From NCBI RefSeq assembly GCF_964194155.1, contig NC_135905.1, positions 8,928,001-8,992,000 of the forward strand: a stretch of 64,000 nucleotides of DNA. Direction: 5' to 3'. This DNA comes from Cetorhinus maximus (taxonomy: Eukaryota). A program made the position numbers and the translations under genes. The first letter of the stretch is position 1; every line of letters starts with the position of its first letter. Positions 22,940 through 34,250 of the stretch are shown piece after piece. The notes beneath the pieces are model-generated. The model was not told where the DNA came from and did no database searches. It saw nothing but the letters and a program-made list of their open reading frames with translations.

Positions 22940-23392
22940 AAAAAAAAATTCATTCGTGGGGTGTGGGCTTCACTGGCTGGGCCAGCATTTATTTCCCATC
23001 CCTAGTTGCCCTTGAGAAGGTGGTGGTGAGCCGCCTTCTTGAACCGCTGCAGTCCATGTGGTGTAGGTACACCCACGGTGCTGTTAGGAAGGGAGTTCCA
23101 GGATTTTGACCCAGTGACAGTGAAGGAACGGCGATATATTTCCAAGTCAGGATGGTAAGTGACTTGAAGGGGAACTTCCAGGTGGTGGTGTTCCCGTGTG
23201 TCTGCTGCCCTTGTCTTTCTAGATGGTAGTGGTCGTGGGTTTGGAAGGTGCTGTCCAAGGAGCCTTGATGAATTCCTGCAGTGCATCTTGTAGATGGTAC
23301 ACACTACTGCTACTGTGCGTTGGTGTTGGAGGGAGTGAATGTTTGTGGTGCCAATCAAGCGGGCTGCCTTGTCCGGGACAGTGTCAAGCTTG
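22940..23392 (-). mobile_element. Non-LTR LINE 3' end (same family as 31415-32145 and 49230-49485)
   Basis: IHSLQHQRTVAVVCTIYKMHC ... SKSWNSLP ... GLQRFKKAAHHHLLKGN with A-rich tail. Confidence 0.8.
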
Positions 23393-23814
23393 CAGAGGGT
23401 ATGTCCCCAGTTCCCATGTTTATTGAACTGAATAACAATGGATCGACCCAGTGGATAAATATAACTTTTATTTGGAGTTTGATGTGATTTCCTTTCTGTT
23501 TATACCAAAGGCGTCAGTAGAAAATATTGATGTGAAAAAGGTGATAGAAAATGAGCAGACTTTCCAACTGAATATTTTGTAGCGGTCCAGTTTGAAGATA
23601 TAGTTTCACTGGAAAATAAGCTGTGTAGTTATTGTGTGCTGGACAATGCTCCCATACCATGTTGTTTTTTCCCTTTAACACAGACCAGAGTTAATTTCTT
23701 CCCTTCCCTGTTTCCTGGAGTTACACTGGGCTCCTGGAGTGTTAGAACCTGAGTAACTATTGTAGCTTCAGTCAAGGTCCTTTAGGAGCTGAAAATTTGT
23801 TTCCTTCATAACAG

Positions 23815-23914
23815 ATTTGGTGACTACCCAAAACTACCGAATCGCTCGCAGCAAGAGCGAGATCCGTGGTACACCTGGGATGAGCCTGACCTGCGAAGAA
23901 ACTGGGGTGAACCG
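23815..23914 (+). CDS. NDUFB8: NDUFB8 exon 3
   Basis: CAG| FGDYPKLPNRSQQERDPWYTWDEPDLRRNWGEP |GTAAGC; 100 nt. Confidence 0.97.
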
Positions 23915-24122
23915 GTAAGCAGTGATGCTGAGTGCCTATGTAGCAAACCTGTCCAGGTGGCTCCAAGTTTATTGTTCCTGGCTAAAGTGTCGAAAACTTT
24001 TGAATAGTTTCTCTGGTTTAAAATAATTTTTCGACAAAAGAATGGTTTTTTTTAGAAAAAAGCAAAAGTGTTTTTTCTGTTCAGCTTCATACATAAAGCT
24101 AATCCTGATTCAGTGTGAGCTT

Positions 24123-24253
24123 GTGTCAGCTGTGGCACCCTCGCCTTTGAATCAGAGGGTTGTGGGTTCATGTCCCACTCCCGGAAACCAAGAACTGTGA
24201 TTGTACTCGAAAGAGTTGCAATCTGTGACTGTTGATAACTCGAAAGAGTTTCA
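24123..24253 (+). mobile_element. Second copy of the double-hairpin SINE variant
   Basis: Near-identical to 195-336 apart from a short deletion in the A-box region and about 3 substitutions. Confidence 0.75.
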
Positions 24254-24529
24254 AGTAAGGATCATTGGACACCAATCATGCATGCGGGAACGTTTGTTAT
24301 TTCTTTCCCTAATTTATGGTACTGAGATCATTAGAATATGTGATTGTCCTGGTTGCGATCAGTTAAGTAGGCAAAAATTGGGAATCAAACAAAGGATCTT
24401 CCTGGTCATATGGCTCAGTACCTCACAAGGTGCATTTGTCAACTGAACAATTGGGGCAAAAAGCTTTGATTATTTTGTTTTTATTGATTGAACATTCTGC
24501 ACAAGTTGTTAATGGTTAAAATGAAAGAA

Positions 24530-24945
24530 GGAAGGACAGATCTTGTGTTTGTAAAGTATCTTGATGTCCTCAGGATGCCCAGATGTGCTTCATAGACAAT
24601 TATTTGGAGGTGTAGTCACTTATGCAGGCAAACATTGCCAATTTGCACAGAACAAGATCCCACTAACAGCACTGAGAAGAATGACCAGCTAATCTGTTTA
24701 GGAATTGGTTGAGAGATAAATATTGACAAGGATATCAGGGCAACTCCCCAGTTCTTCAATGAAAAGTTAGCATGGAATATTTTACATCCACTTAAAGAAG
24801 CAAACAAGATCTCAGCTCACCATATCAACCAAAACCTCTGACAGTGCAGCACTCCCTCAGGCATGAACTGATTTGGTAGACCCAGATTATGGGCTCAAGT
24901 CCTTGGAGTGGAACTTGAAGCGATGATCTTCTAAGTGTGCCACCA
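24530..24945 (-). mobile_element. SacSINE1/DeuSINE-type SINE
   Basis: GAGAGATAAATATTGACAAGGA, ACAGTGCAGCACTCCCTCAG, GCTCAAGTCCTTGGAGTGGAACTTGAA. Confidence 0.7.
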
Positions 24946-25442
24946 TGAGAAAAGCTGCATACAACTGAAAGAATTTTAATTTTTTTTTTGTTCATAGTTT
25001 TGGTTCAGTTGGTAGCATTTTGTCTCTTGGTCAGAAGGTGTTGGTTCTAGATCACAAACCAAACCTTGAGCATGTCACTTGTGTCAATAATAGTGTAGTA
25101 CTGAGGAAATGCCATACTTGTGTGAGGTCCGATCTGCCTGTTTTGGACATAAAGATGCTGCCATGTTATTATAAGAAAACCTGGAAGATTGTCCTGTTTC
25201 CTGGCCAACGTACACCAGCAAGATAGCAGATTAGCTGCTCAGTCATCCAGTGGCGTAAAATGGCTTCAATATTTTACGTACCTAAATTGTGTCTGCTCTC
25301 TACAAAGTAATTTTTTTATGAGATACTTTGGTACACTTGAATGATTCAATAAGATGCCATATAAATATATATAATATATACAAATATATCTTTTTATTCT
25401 GTTTTAAACTTCACTTAACATTTTTAAAACTGCTTTTTCCAG

Positions 25443-25598
25443 ATGCACTGGGATTTTGACATGTTCATTAGGAATCGTGTGGACACCTCTCCAAGCCCTG
25501 TGGACTGGAGTACTATGGTCAAAACCTTGGGTGGCTTTGTAGGCTTGATGCTGTTCATGTTCTTCGTTGGAGAGGTATTTCCTTCATACCAGCCCGTG
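25443..25598 (+). CDS. NDUFB8: NDUFB8 exon 4 (transmembrane helix)
   Basis: CAG| MHWDFDMFIRNRVDTSPSPVDWSTMVKTLGGFVGLMLFMFFVGEVFPSYQPV |GTAAGT; 156 nt. Confidence 0.97.
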
Positions 25599-25796
25599 GT
25601 AAGTTTTAATTTGAAGCTTATGCCTAGTTAGTTTCTTATTTACTACCTAATTCTGTTTTATTGATGTTACCATGGTCAGTGCTCCTCTGTACTTCCTCCC
25701 TCTTCTTTTAAAGCTGCATATGCAGTGCCTTAGATAATTTTCCATTTCACGATATGCATGCTATGTTGAATTCAATACACCTCACAGTTACACACA

Positions 25797-26200
25797 AGCA
25801 AGATACTGTGGATGCTGGAAATCTAAATAAAAACTTGGAAATACTCTGCAGACCAGGCAGCATCTGTGGAGAGAGAAATTAATGTTTTAGGTCGATGACC
25901 TTCATCGGAACTGGAAAAGGTTAGAGATGTAACAGATTTTAAGCAAGTACGGAGATAAGGGAAGGTCTGTGATAGGGGTGGAAGGCAGGAGAGATTAAAT
26001 GACAAAAGGGTTGATGGTGTAAGGCAAAAGGAGATGGTAATGGGACAAGTAAAGAAACAGAAGATCATCCTAGAGGAGGTGTAAATGGCAACAGAAAAAT
26101 ATCACCAACATATGTTGCCTGAAAAAATGAGAACAGTGATTATGATCTGATATTATTAAATTCATAATTGAATCCAGAGGTTTGTGAAGTGTCTCATTGA
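25797..26200 (-). mobile_element. Penelope-like element 3' fragment
   Basis: Same terminus (GCAAGATACTGTGGATGCTGGAAATCT) and a degenerate hammerhead-like CCGATGAAGGTCATCGACCTAAAAC on the minus strand. Confidence 0.6.
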
Positions 26201-26219
26201 AGACACTGGATCAAATTCT

Positions 26220-27085
26220 ACATGTAAGCTTGAGGACATCCAACTCTACTTTTCTACAAAGTGTCTCTGTCTTTCCATTGCCTCTATCTTGTCAGACATT
26301 TGCTCCTTGATGAGTCGCCCACTTAAACGTTGGGAAGAGCGAAACCGTTGTTTTCAGTCCTCAAACTCTAGCCTATCAGTTCCATGCCTCTACCCCCTCG
26401 ACCTCACTGTCTCTTATTCAACAAGACATTGCAACTGTGGCATCATATTTGACCCCAACCTGAGCTTCTGTCCTTGTCCTCTCACCAACAAAGACTACCC
26501 ACATCCAACTCCATGCCATCTACCTGCACCTTGCCTTAGCCCACTTACTTCTGAACCCCTCCTCCATGCCTCCTCCAGACTAGATCGTTCCAATGCTGTC
26601 CTGGCTGTCCCCACATTATCTGCTGTCCATAAATTTCTATTCATCCAGCACTGCTGCCTATCTTGCAACAAACCCCACTCTAATCATTCCCATTCTTGGT
26701 GACCTATATTGCCACCAGCTCCCTAGTATGCGCGATTTAAAATTCTCATCCCCATGTTTAAATCGTTTCACGGCTTTGTTTTTCCTTACCCTGTAACCTC
26801 TTCCAGCCCTACAATTCTGCACTCCTCCAAACTCGCAAGCCCTATTCCAAAGTCCTACCGTTGGCTGCCTTACCATCAGCTGCCGAAGCCATATATCCTG
26901 GAATTGCTTCCCTAAACATTTCCACCTCCTGCATCTCCTTTAAGATGCTCCGGCAAATCCCACATCTTTTGACTTGCCCCTCCCAATATCTCCTCCTTTG
27001 GCTCAGCACCATTCTTTGTCTTATGCTTCGGTGACGTGCTTTGGGGAATGGTCTACATTAAAGGTGCTATATAAGTGCAAGTTGG
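26220..27085 (+). mobile_element. L2-type LINE 3' fragment, highly diverged
   Basis: Remnants EDIQLY, GIIFDPNLSF, LLHASSRLDRSNAVLA; tail AAAGGTGCTATATAAGTGCAAGTTG. Confidence 0.65.
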
Positions 27086-27349
27086 TCTTATGCAGGAGCA
27101 TTCCCTTATCTATATATCCTCCCGCTGGAAGTATATCTGTGTGGATCTTGAGTAAGGACAGGATTGCACCCATACCAGTTGAATAGTTTACTGGCACTCG
27201 CTGTCAAGGATCATATATAAATCCTCATGAGTCAGGAGAGGAGCCAGAGGATAAATATCTTCAGGAAGAGGGGAGAAAAATATCCAAAGGTGGTGTTGGA
27301 GTGGGTTAAGTTGTCTTGGCTGATATTTCAAATTTAATTCTCTTCACAG

Positions 27350-27442
27350 GCTCCTAAACAGTATCCCTACAATAATCTGTACCTGGAGAATGGAGGAGCA
27401 CCTGACAAAGAGCAGCCAGAAGTGCACAATTATAAAATATGA
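27350..27442 (+). CDS. NDUFB8: NDUFB8 exon 5 (last coding exon); spliced CDS 567 nt, 188 aa
   Basis: CAG| APKQYPYNNLYLENGGAPDKEQPEVHNYKI*; all five exon phases are compatible. Confidence 0.97.
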   Translation, partial: APKQYPYNNLYLENGGAPDKEQPEVHNYKI

Positions 27443-27538
27443 CCAGTTTTCCTTGTCTGATTGTAAGGTGCAGATCATTTTGGAAATGGTCTCTTATTCT
27501 GTACAGTGAATAATTTAAGGTATGAATAATAACTGAAT

Positions 27539-27574
27539 AATAAAATGATTGCCATCCTATTTATGGAAAATAAA
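27539..27574 (+). terminator. Candidate NDUFB8 polyadenylation signals
   Basis: AATAAA at 27539-27544 and 27569-27574, about 100-130 nt after the stop. Confidence 0.6.
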
Positions 27575-27949
27575 AATTAACTATGTTTTTGGAGGATTAC
27601 ACCAACTGATAGACAACATTAAAGGATCTAATTTATGACATTCCCTTGGAAGTTCAAGCTTTCACCAAAATAGATTTTGTAATGGTAGCAGATGTCTGAA
27701 TTCAAATTTTGAGTCACAACCTCTATTAGTCACATTACTGGACACAATGTGCCACCAAAGTTCCCATAACTTATCTAATTTATTACAAATCAAACAGATC
27801 ATCTTGCTTTATCAGAGGCAGCATAACATTGTCCTCAGCTGCAGATTGCAACAGAATCTGTTTTTCAATAGGAATCTATTTGTGAAAAAAAAACTATATT
27901 GCTTTAAATATTTCCATTCGCCTCATAGCTCCGACACGATTTCAATCAT

Positions 27950-29100
27950 TGTAAGACTCTTAAACAGGAGTTTTCACTTCCCTCTAAGGTCTGGACCCCG
28001 TACTGAGTTTCATGACATGAAACAAACATTGAACACAATTTCCACTTTATGTGGAAAACCTTTATTAACCCACTAAGCAATAGTATATACTTAACACCAG
28101 TTGCTTAGTCAGAGTTGCGTGCCAGAGCTCGTTCCTGGCTGGTCAGTCTGCTGAATGAATTTTTCTGGACGACTTTTTTTTGTGCAAAAATGTACTTTAT
28201 TCATAAAATATCTGAAAGAACAATACAAAACATTTCAAAATGGCCATCACTAAAAAGTGCAATAATATTCAAGTTTCCCACATAGATCATGTCGCACCCT
28301 GAGGTACTTCAGTACAATCAAGGGACAAATACAGACATTTCAAAATGGTCATAACAGAGTCAGACAGCGCAATGGTATTAAAGTTATCAACATAGATCAT
28401 GTTGTACTCTGAGGTGCTTCAACACAATTGTGATACATGTAATATTCACTGCATACATTCAGTGTGAATCATACAGCCTGAGGGGTCCTGTACAATTCCC
28501 AGCCCCTCGGTGCACTATGGCTGAAAGGTCTTAGACCGCAGCCTTTCCCCACTGCGCCTCTGAGGCGGCTATCCCGAGCTTTAGTGCATCCCTCACCACG
28601 TAGTCCTGGACCTTGGAATTTGCCAGTCTGCAACACTTGGTCGGGGACAACTCTTTGCACTGAAAGACCAACAAGTTTTGGGCAAGTCGCATTTCCCTGG
28701 CTTCAGCAGCGATGTCCTTATGCGCTTTCGCTTTATACCCCTTTCTGACCCTGGTCCCTTGACATAAAAGGTGATATGTTGAATGGGGTAATCCGATTGG
28801 GTTTCAGTGCTTTATTAATCCCACCATGGTGATACAAGACCACCTGCATGCGGTCATATCCTGCTCTCAGCAGGGGCTGTCTCCGGGTATCCACCAGTAA
28901 TCTGCATCTTGATAAAGCATGAAGAAAGCCATTTATACATATCCAGAGAGGCCATTGTCTCAGTGTTGTAGACAGTGTCTGGGTCACCACCTTAAGGCCA
29001 TACCCTGACGTATGCGTGTGTGTGTGTCCTTGTTTAGTTAAACTGTCTTTATTTTTAAAAAGTCTAATATGAGCCCCAGTGATGATATCTTCGGTCAGAA
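27950..29100 (-). repeat. Putative 3' LTR of the env-bearing element, interrupted by a Tx1 LINE
   Basis: Minus strand: purine tract AAAGGGAGAA (29110-29101), then TATAAA (28737-28732), AATAAA (28066-28061), ending ...GTCTTACA near 27950; boundaries inferred. Confidence 0.4.
28174..28684 (-). mobile_element. Tx1-clade LINE 3' end with poly(A) tail
   Basis: Minus translation AQNLLVFQCKEL..CCRLANSKVQDYVVRDALKLGIAASEAQWGKAAV*, then 3' UTR, AATAAA and A8. Confidence 0.75.
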
Positions 29101-29249
29101 TTCTCCCTTTGTCCTGATGTTGTCCTCACTCCATGTTCCTACCATTCCTTGAGCTCCACACACTGTTCCACACCACAACTGGACTATGTTTTACTTACAA
29201 ACAGAAATACAAGGGATATTAAAAATGCCTTGCATAATACAAGAGATAT

Positions 29250-30556
29250 CAAAATGCCTTACAGCATCCAAACTTAAGTGCATAATTTCGCATACAAACA
29301 TTACTACACTTGCGATTCTAATCCATTCACCTTATTCCGTCCCTTTGGCAATATTCACCTGTCCATGAGCAGAAACATGTGATAATACCCGTGTTCCCAG
29401 TCTAACATGTTAAGCTGGTGTAAAACAAAATGTTCCATCCCGGATAGAACAGATCAGACCTTCATACCGGTATTCCTGGTGTATGGTTGCAACACAATAT
29501 TTCCCCTTTCCTTTATATGCCACATGTATTAGGAACTCTTCCCCTGGTCATCATATGTAACTGGGCTCTTCCTGATCCCAAGTGAACTTGCAGGTTGGTG
29601 CTGCATTTTCAGTTACATCTTACGGGCAAATAAAAGTATCCCCTTTCTGAGTACGCCCAGACAAATCCGGGACTACCCAAGTGATCCCATCCACTTATGC
29701 CATGTACCTAGGCATTGGTCATAATGTGACATATGACCCTAATCCTCTACAACAATGTTTTCAATTCTAAAAAGAGGATTAGTGTTCCTTTAGGACAGGA
29801 TAGTACAAAACCAACCCTAGCATATCCATGGTACAGTTCCCCAGATGGCACTCATGTTTCATTGTGTATGCGTGCAAGAGTCCACTGATTTTACATACAT
29901 CAATGGTCAGTTGGTAAGTTGACAGCTCTAAGATGTCGATCAGTAACCCAGGAGGGAAGCCCCCCTACCGCAATCCTCTGGAGATTCTCTCAGGCCTGTT
30001 CCATCAACCAAGAACCATACATTGTGCAAACATAATTCTCAGCAGCCTCCACAAAGGCATTTTTATCCCCTCTTACAATTTCATTCATGTGGTAGGCATG
30101 CTCTTCCAATTCCCCCATCAAATCTTGCAAACGATTAGTCTTCCTCTAATTTATTCTGTTCCACATAATTCATCCCATTTAATATTTTCCTTAACCTATT
30201 TCGAACAGTATTTATCACTTTGTCTAAAATAGCTAAATCTAAACTATTTACAAATGATGTTCGGGTATTAAATATAGTTGAAGTGTCATTAATCGAAGTA
30301 CGTCTGACCTGCCCATGAGAGTGAGATTTGGTTTGATTCTCTGAACCCTTATACAGTCTAGTGCATTCATCCTCATCAATCACAGTGCTGGTTCATTCTC
30401 AAAATTCTCTCAAAACTTGAGAACATTCAATTCTGCAATGCTTGGGTTTTATGTTTACACCATGGAGGTAATCCCATATCCGTTAAATTAATCATCACCG
30501 ACACTACCCTCAGGGTGCACATCGTGATATAGTATCATTTGTGCTGGTGTAACAGC
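29250..30556 (-). pseudogene. Decayed env-like viral fusion glycoprotein of an endogenous retroviral/LTR element
   Basis: Minus-strand pieces: MILYHDVHP/VVSVMINLTDMGLPPWC; VRRTSINDTSTIFNTRTSFVNSLDLAILDKVINTVRNRLRKIL; RLQDLMGELEEHAYHMNEIV..YVCTMYGSWLMEQA*ENLQRIAVGGLPSWV; VVPDLSGRTQKGDTFICP; AYKGKGKYCVAT..YRYEGLICSIRDGTFCFTP; WIRIASVVMFVCEIM. Confidence 0.65.
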
Positions 30557-31414
30557 CAGTCAGTTCTCTGGGCCTGGGGTATGTCTGGGGCATCTCGCAT
30601 TACTATTTGTGCGAGGAAAGGCCAGGAGCTTCCGAGGCAGTGCCAGCTGGTTGCCCCACACTCTGCTCATTGAGCTACTTGAACAACATGGTGCCTGATC
30701 TTTATCCTCACACACACATCGATGCCACCCTATGAGCTGCAAATTGTTTCCAACAAAATGTCTTGTTGACTTGCCTGGGGTCGCCAACACCATCAAGAAC
30801 CAACAACAGCTTGGATTTATATAGCATCTTTAATGTGGTAAAACATCCCAAGGCACTCAGAAACAACATCAAACAAAATTTGACATTTACAAAACTAACC
30901 AACCCATCAGATTGCTCAAACTGTTTTTCTAACAACTTTGAGTGGTAATCTTGGCAGTTCACCTAGATCATCAAATGCCCTAAATTCTAGTTATCTGGAT
31001 AAAATAAAACACTAAATTACTGGTTTGTCATTTGTTTCTTTTTAATGTGATATTTCAGCCAAGAATTTTTCTAGAAAGGTCAAGAGTATGGTTTCAACTC
31101 TATTTCACAGTTGGTCCACCATTAACGGCCATGCCGTCAGTTCCCACAGCCCAAAGCTCTTGAATTCCCTCCCTAAACTTCCCTTTTTTAATACACTCTT
31201 TAAATCTTACCTCTTTGACCAAGATTTTGGTCATCTCTCCTAATATCACCTAATATGTCAAATTTTGTTTGATAATGTTCCTGTGAAGTGCCTTGTTAAA
31301 GGTACAATATAAAAGTACAAGTTATTGTGATGCAAGGAGAAACAATGTTTTCACCGCCTGATTACGTGCTATTAATCTGGGATTATTTTGCATTGAGCCA
31401 ATGGACTATCACCA

Positions 31415-32145
31415 GGTAATGACCATCTCCAACAAGAGAGAATCCAAACATGTCCCCTTGACATTCAATGGCATTGCCATCACTGAATCCCCCATTATCA
31501 ACATCCTGGGGATTACCATTGACTAGAAATTGAACTGGACCAGTCATTTAAATACTGGGCTACAAGAGCAGGTCAGAGGCTGGGAATTCTGCAGAGTAAC
31601 TCACCTCCTGACTTCCCAAAGCCTGTCCACAATCTACAAGGCACAAGTCAGGAGTGTGATGGAATGTTCTCCATTTGCTGGGATGAGTGCAGCTTCAACA
31701 ACACTCAAGAAGCTTGACACCATCCAGGACAAAGCAGCCCGCTTGATTGGCACCTCCAACATCCACTCTCTCCACCAATGCACAGTGTCAGCAGTGTGTA
31801 CTATCTACAAGATGCACTGCAGAAACTCACTAAGGTTCCTTTGACAGTACTTTGCAAACCCACAACCTCTACTACCTGAAAGGACAAGGGCAGGAGATGC
31901 ATGGGAACTCCACAACCTGCAAGTTCCCCTTCAAGCCACACGACATCCTGACTTGGAACTATATCACTGTTCCTTCATTGTCACTTGGTCAAAATCCTGG
32001 AACACCCTAACAGCACTGTGGATGTACCTACACCACATGGACTGCAGTGGTTCAAGAAGGTGGCTCACCACCACCTTCTAAAAGGCAATTAGGGATGGGC
32101 AATAAAAATTTCGGCCTAGCCTGCAACACCCTTGTTCCATGAAAA
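31415..32145 (+). mobile_element. Non-LTR LINE ORF2 3' fragment
   Basis: LSTIYKAQVRSVMECSPFAGMSAASTTLKKLDTIQDKAARLIG (ORF 31530-31844); 3' UTR CACCACCACCTTCTAAAAGGCAATTAGGGATGGGCAATAAA. Confidence 0.8.
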
Positions 32146-32749
32146 AATAATTTTTTAAAAAGTTTTTTCAGTACTAAGGGATATGGAAAAGATGGAGCTT
32201 AGGTAGAAGATCAACCATGATCTTGTTTTAGGGTAACCAACCGTCCTGGATTTTCCGGGACCATCCCATAATTCAGCCTCCCATCCAACGTCTGGTTCTT
32301 TCCGGGATGAATTTTGTCCCAGCTTTTCTACTGCAGACATCTGCTCGTACGTTGGGCATGATATGGGTGATGGCGTATAATAGTGTAGGTCCAGGGCTGT
32401 CTTGCGGCCTTCAGTGGTGGGGTCCAAGTTGGCAGCATCAGGATCGGAGCAGGTTGTAGGTTCTCCATGCTTCAATGACTCAGCAGCTAACCCCCCCACC
32501 CCACCCCACCCCACCATGGCCCACTCTCATGGAGCCACCAGAACCCCCACACCTCCAGTCTCATCCCCCTTGGCGGAGTGTTCCTTATTTTATCCACCCT
32601 GTCTAGTTTACATAGGATATGCGGCCCAACCAGTACATGTTGGTTTATATTCCTCCTCCCATTTTTCCTCATTTAAATCTACCATCGTAATCCTCTCTTC
32701 CCTCCTCATATACTCCATGTGCCTTACTACACTATTCAGTCAACCACTT

Positions 32750-33090
32750 CATCATCCTGTACCAAGATGGTGGACCCACCATTTCCAGCAATGGATGAGA
32801 TCTCACTCGCTGGCTCCTTTACCAAGATGACGGAAATCACCGGTTGCTGTACCAAGATGGCGGGGACGCATCGATTTTTTTCCCCTCTCGCCTTTACCAA
32901 GATGCCAGACTCAATCGGGTCCCTCTCGTCGGCTCCTTTACCGAGATGGCGAACTCAAGAGGTTTCCCCACCCCACTTCCCGGTGGCTCCTTTACCAAGA
33001 TGGCGCCGGCCGGGCTCCGCCCACCAGTCACGTGCCGATGCCCAGGCGGCGGGTGTGCAGAGTTGGCGCCGGCGCAGTTGCCACGTCGCG
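32750..33090 (+). promoter_or_regulatory. SEC31B CpG-island promoter with YY1-like motif array, GC box, E-box and CREB3/XBP1-type site
   Basis: Six ACC(A/G)AGATG(G/A/C) motifs (32761, 32821, 32851, 32896, 32940, 32994); CTCCGCCC 33015; GTCACGTG 33027; TGCCACGT 33079; the strongest CpG-rich stretch between NDUFB8 and the first SEC31B coding exon. Confidence 0.7.
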
Positions 33091-33094
33091 GCGC

Positions 33095-33171
33095 CTGCTG
33101 TCTGAGTGAGTGAGGGAGGGAGGTGTCGGTGGCGCGTCCGCCTCGGGGTTACAGGTAGCATCCCTCTGACG
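33095..33171 (+). other. SEC31B: Probable non-coding exon 1 of SEC31B (5' end approximate)
   Basis: Donor GACG|GTAAGC at 33172 within the CpG island; the first coding exon has an acceptor only 14 nt before its ATG, which requires an upstream UTR exon. Confidence 0.55.
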
Positions 33172-33824
33172 GTAAGCGCCGCGATGAGTCGGGGTGATGG
33201 ACTCCGAGAACCGGGTTAGGCGCGGAGGAGGGAGTGCGTGCCCACCGGCCAGCGGGCGGGCAGGCAGGCGGCAGGGCCTGGAGCTGCAAGGCCCGAGCTG
33301 GACCTGCAGGCACCGGCCCTGTGACAGCCCCGGGGGTCAGGGAGAGCGGCCTGGATCCCCCCTGTTGTCCTTTACCCTCCTTTACCTTGAACATCTGGGA
33401 GGTCTCGGGTCTGCAGCCAACCCCAGGGCTCCCTTTGCCCCAGTAAACCGGGACCCACAGCCACCCTCAGACTCCACTGTTTCCGATGCTCCTGGGGCTG
33501 GGCTCAGCTTCCCCCCCCCACCCATTTACCGCCCTTGGTCCCTATCACTTGTTGCCCTGTGTCCTATCCCACACCTGGGTCCTGCTCACCCAGCACCACC
33601 CCCTTCCTGTTGGTGACCCTCTGCCTCAGATTTAAACCCCAATAATTAAATCCCTTCGTAGCCTCCGCCCCACCCAACCTCTCCTGTTTCTCTGCCCCCA
33701 CCCCCTGCCCCCTTTGACCGCATCTCCTTCTCCATCCCAACTCCACCTTGCCTGGCACACCAAACTCTGAAATGCACTCACTTTGCCTCTCCACCCCTCT
33801 GTCCTCTTTTAAGACTCACCTTCA

Positions 33825-34250
33825 AGGTGTCAGCCTTTGACTCAGCGGGTAACACTGTCTTCTGAATCAAAGGGCTGTGGACTCGAGTCCCACCAAGAGA
33901 CGTAAACACAATCTAGCTTGGCACTTCAGTGCAATACTGAGGGGGTGCTGCACGCTTGGAGCTGCTGTTTCCCCGTATGAAACATGAAATTGAGATCCCA
34001 TCTTTCCTTTCAGTTGGATGTAAAATGCGTCATAACTATGAAGAACAGGGAATCCACCTGGGTGTCTTGGTCAACAATTATCCTACAACCAGCTGCAAAA
34101 ACAAATGACCTGATCAGTTATATTGCTGTTTGTGGAACTTTGATCTGTGCAAATGTTTCCAACATTGTAACACTTCAAAACAACTTAATTGACTGCAAAA
34201 TGTATTGAGATATTCTGTGGTCATGAAAGAGGCTATATAAATGCAAGTCT
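33825..34250 (+). mobile_element. SacSINE1/DeuSINE-type SINE
   Basis: Head GGTGTCAGCCTTTGACTCAGCGGGTAACAC; tail GCTATATAAATGCAAGT. Confidence 0.75.

Noticed and set aside
26308-26348. TGATGAG...CGAAAC hammerhead-like spacing
   Set aside because: Lies within an L2 ORF2 remnant, lacks the conserved C of the core and has no convincing stems
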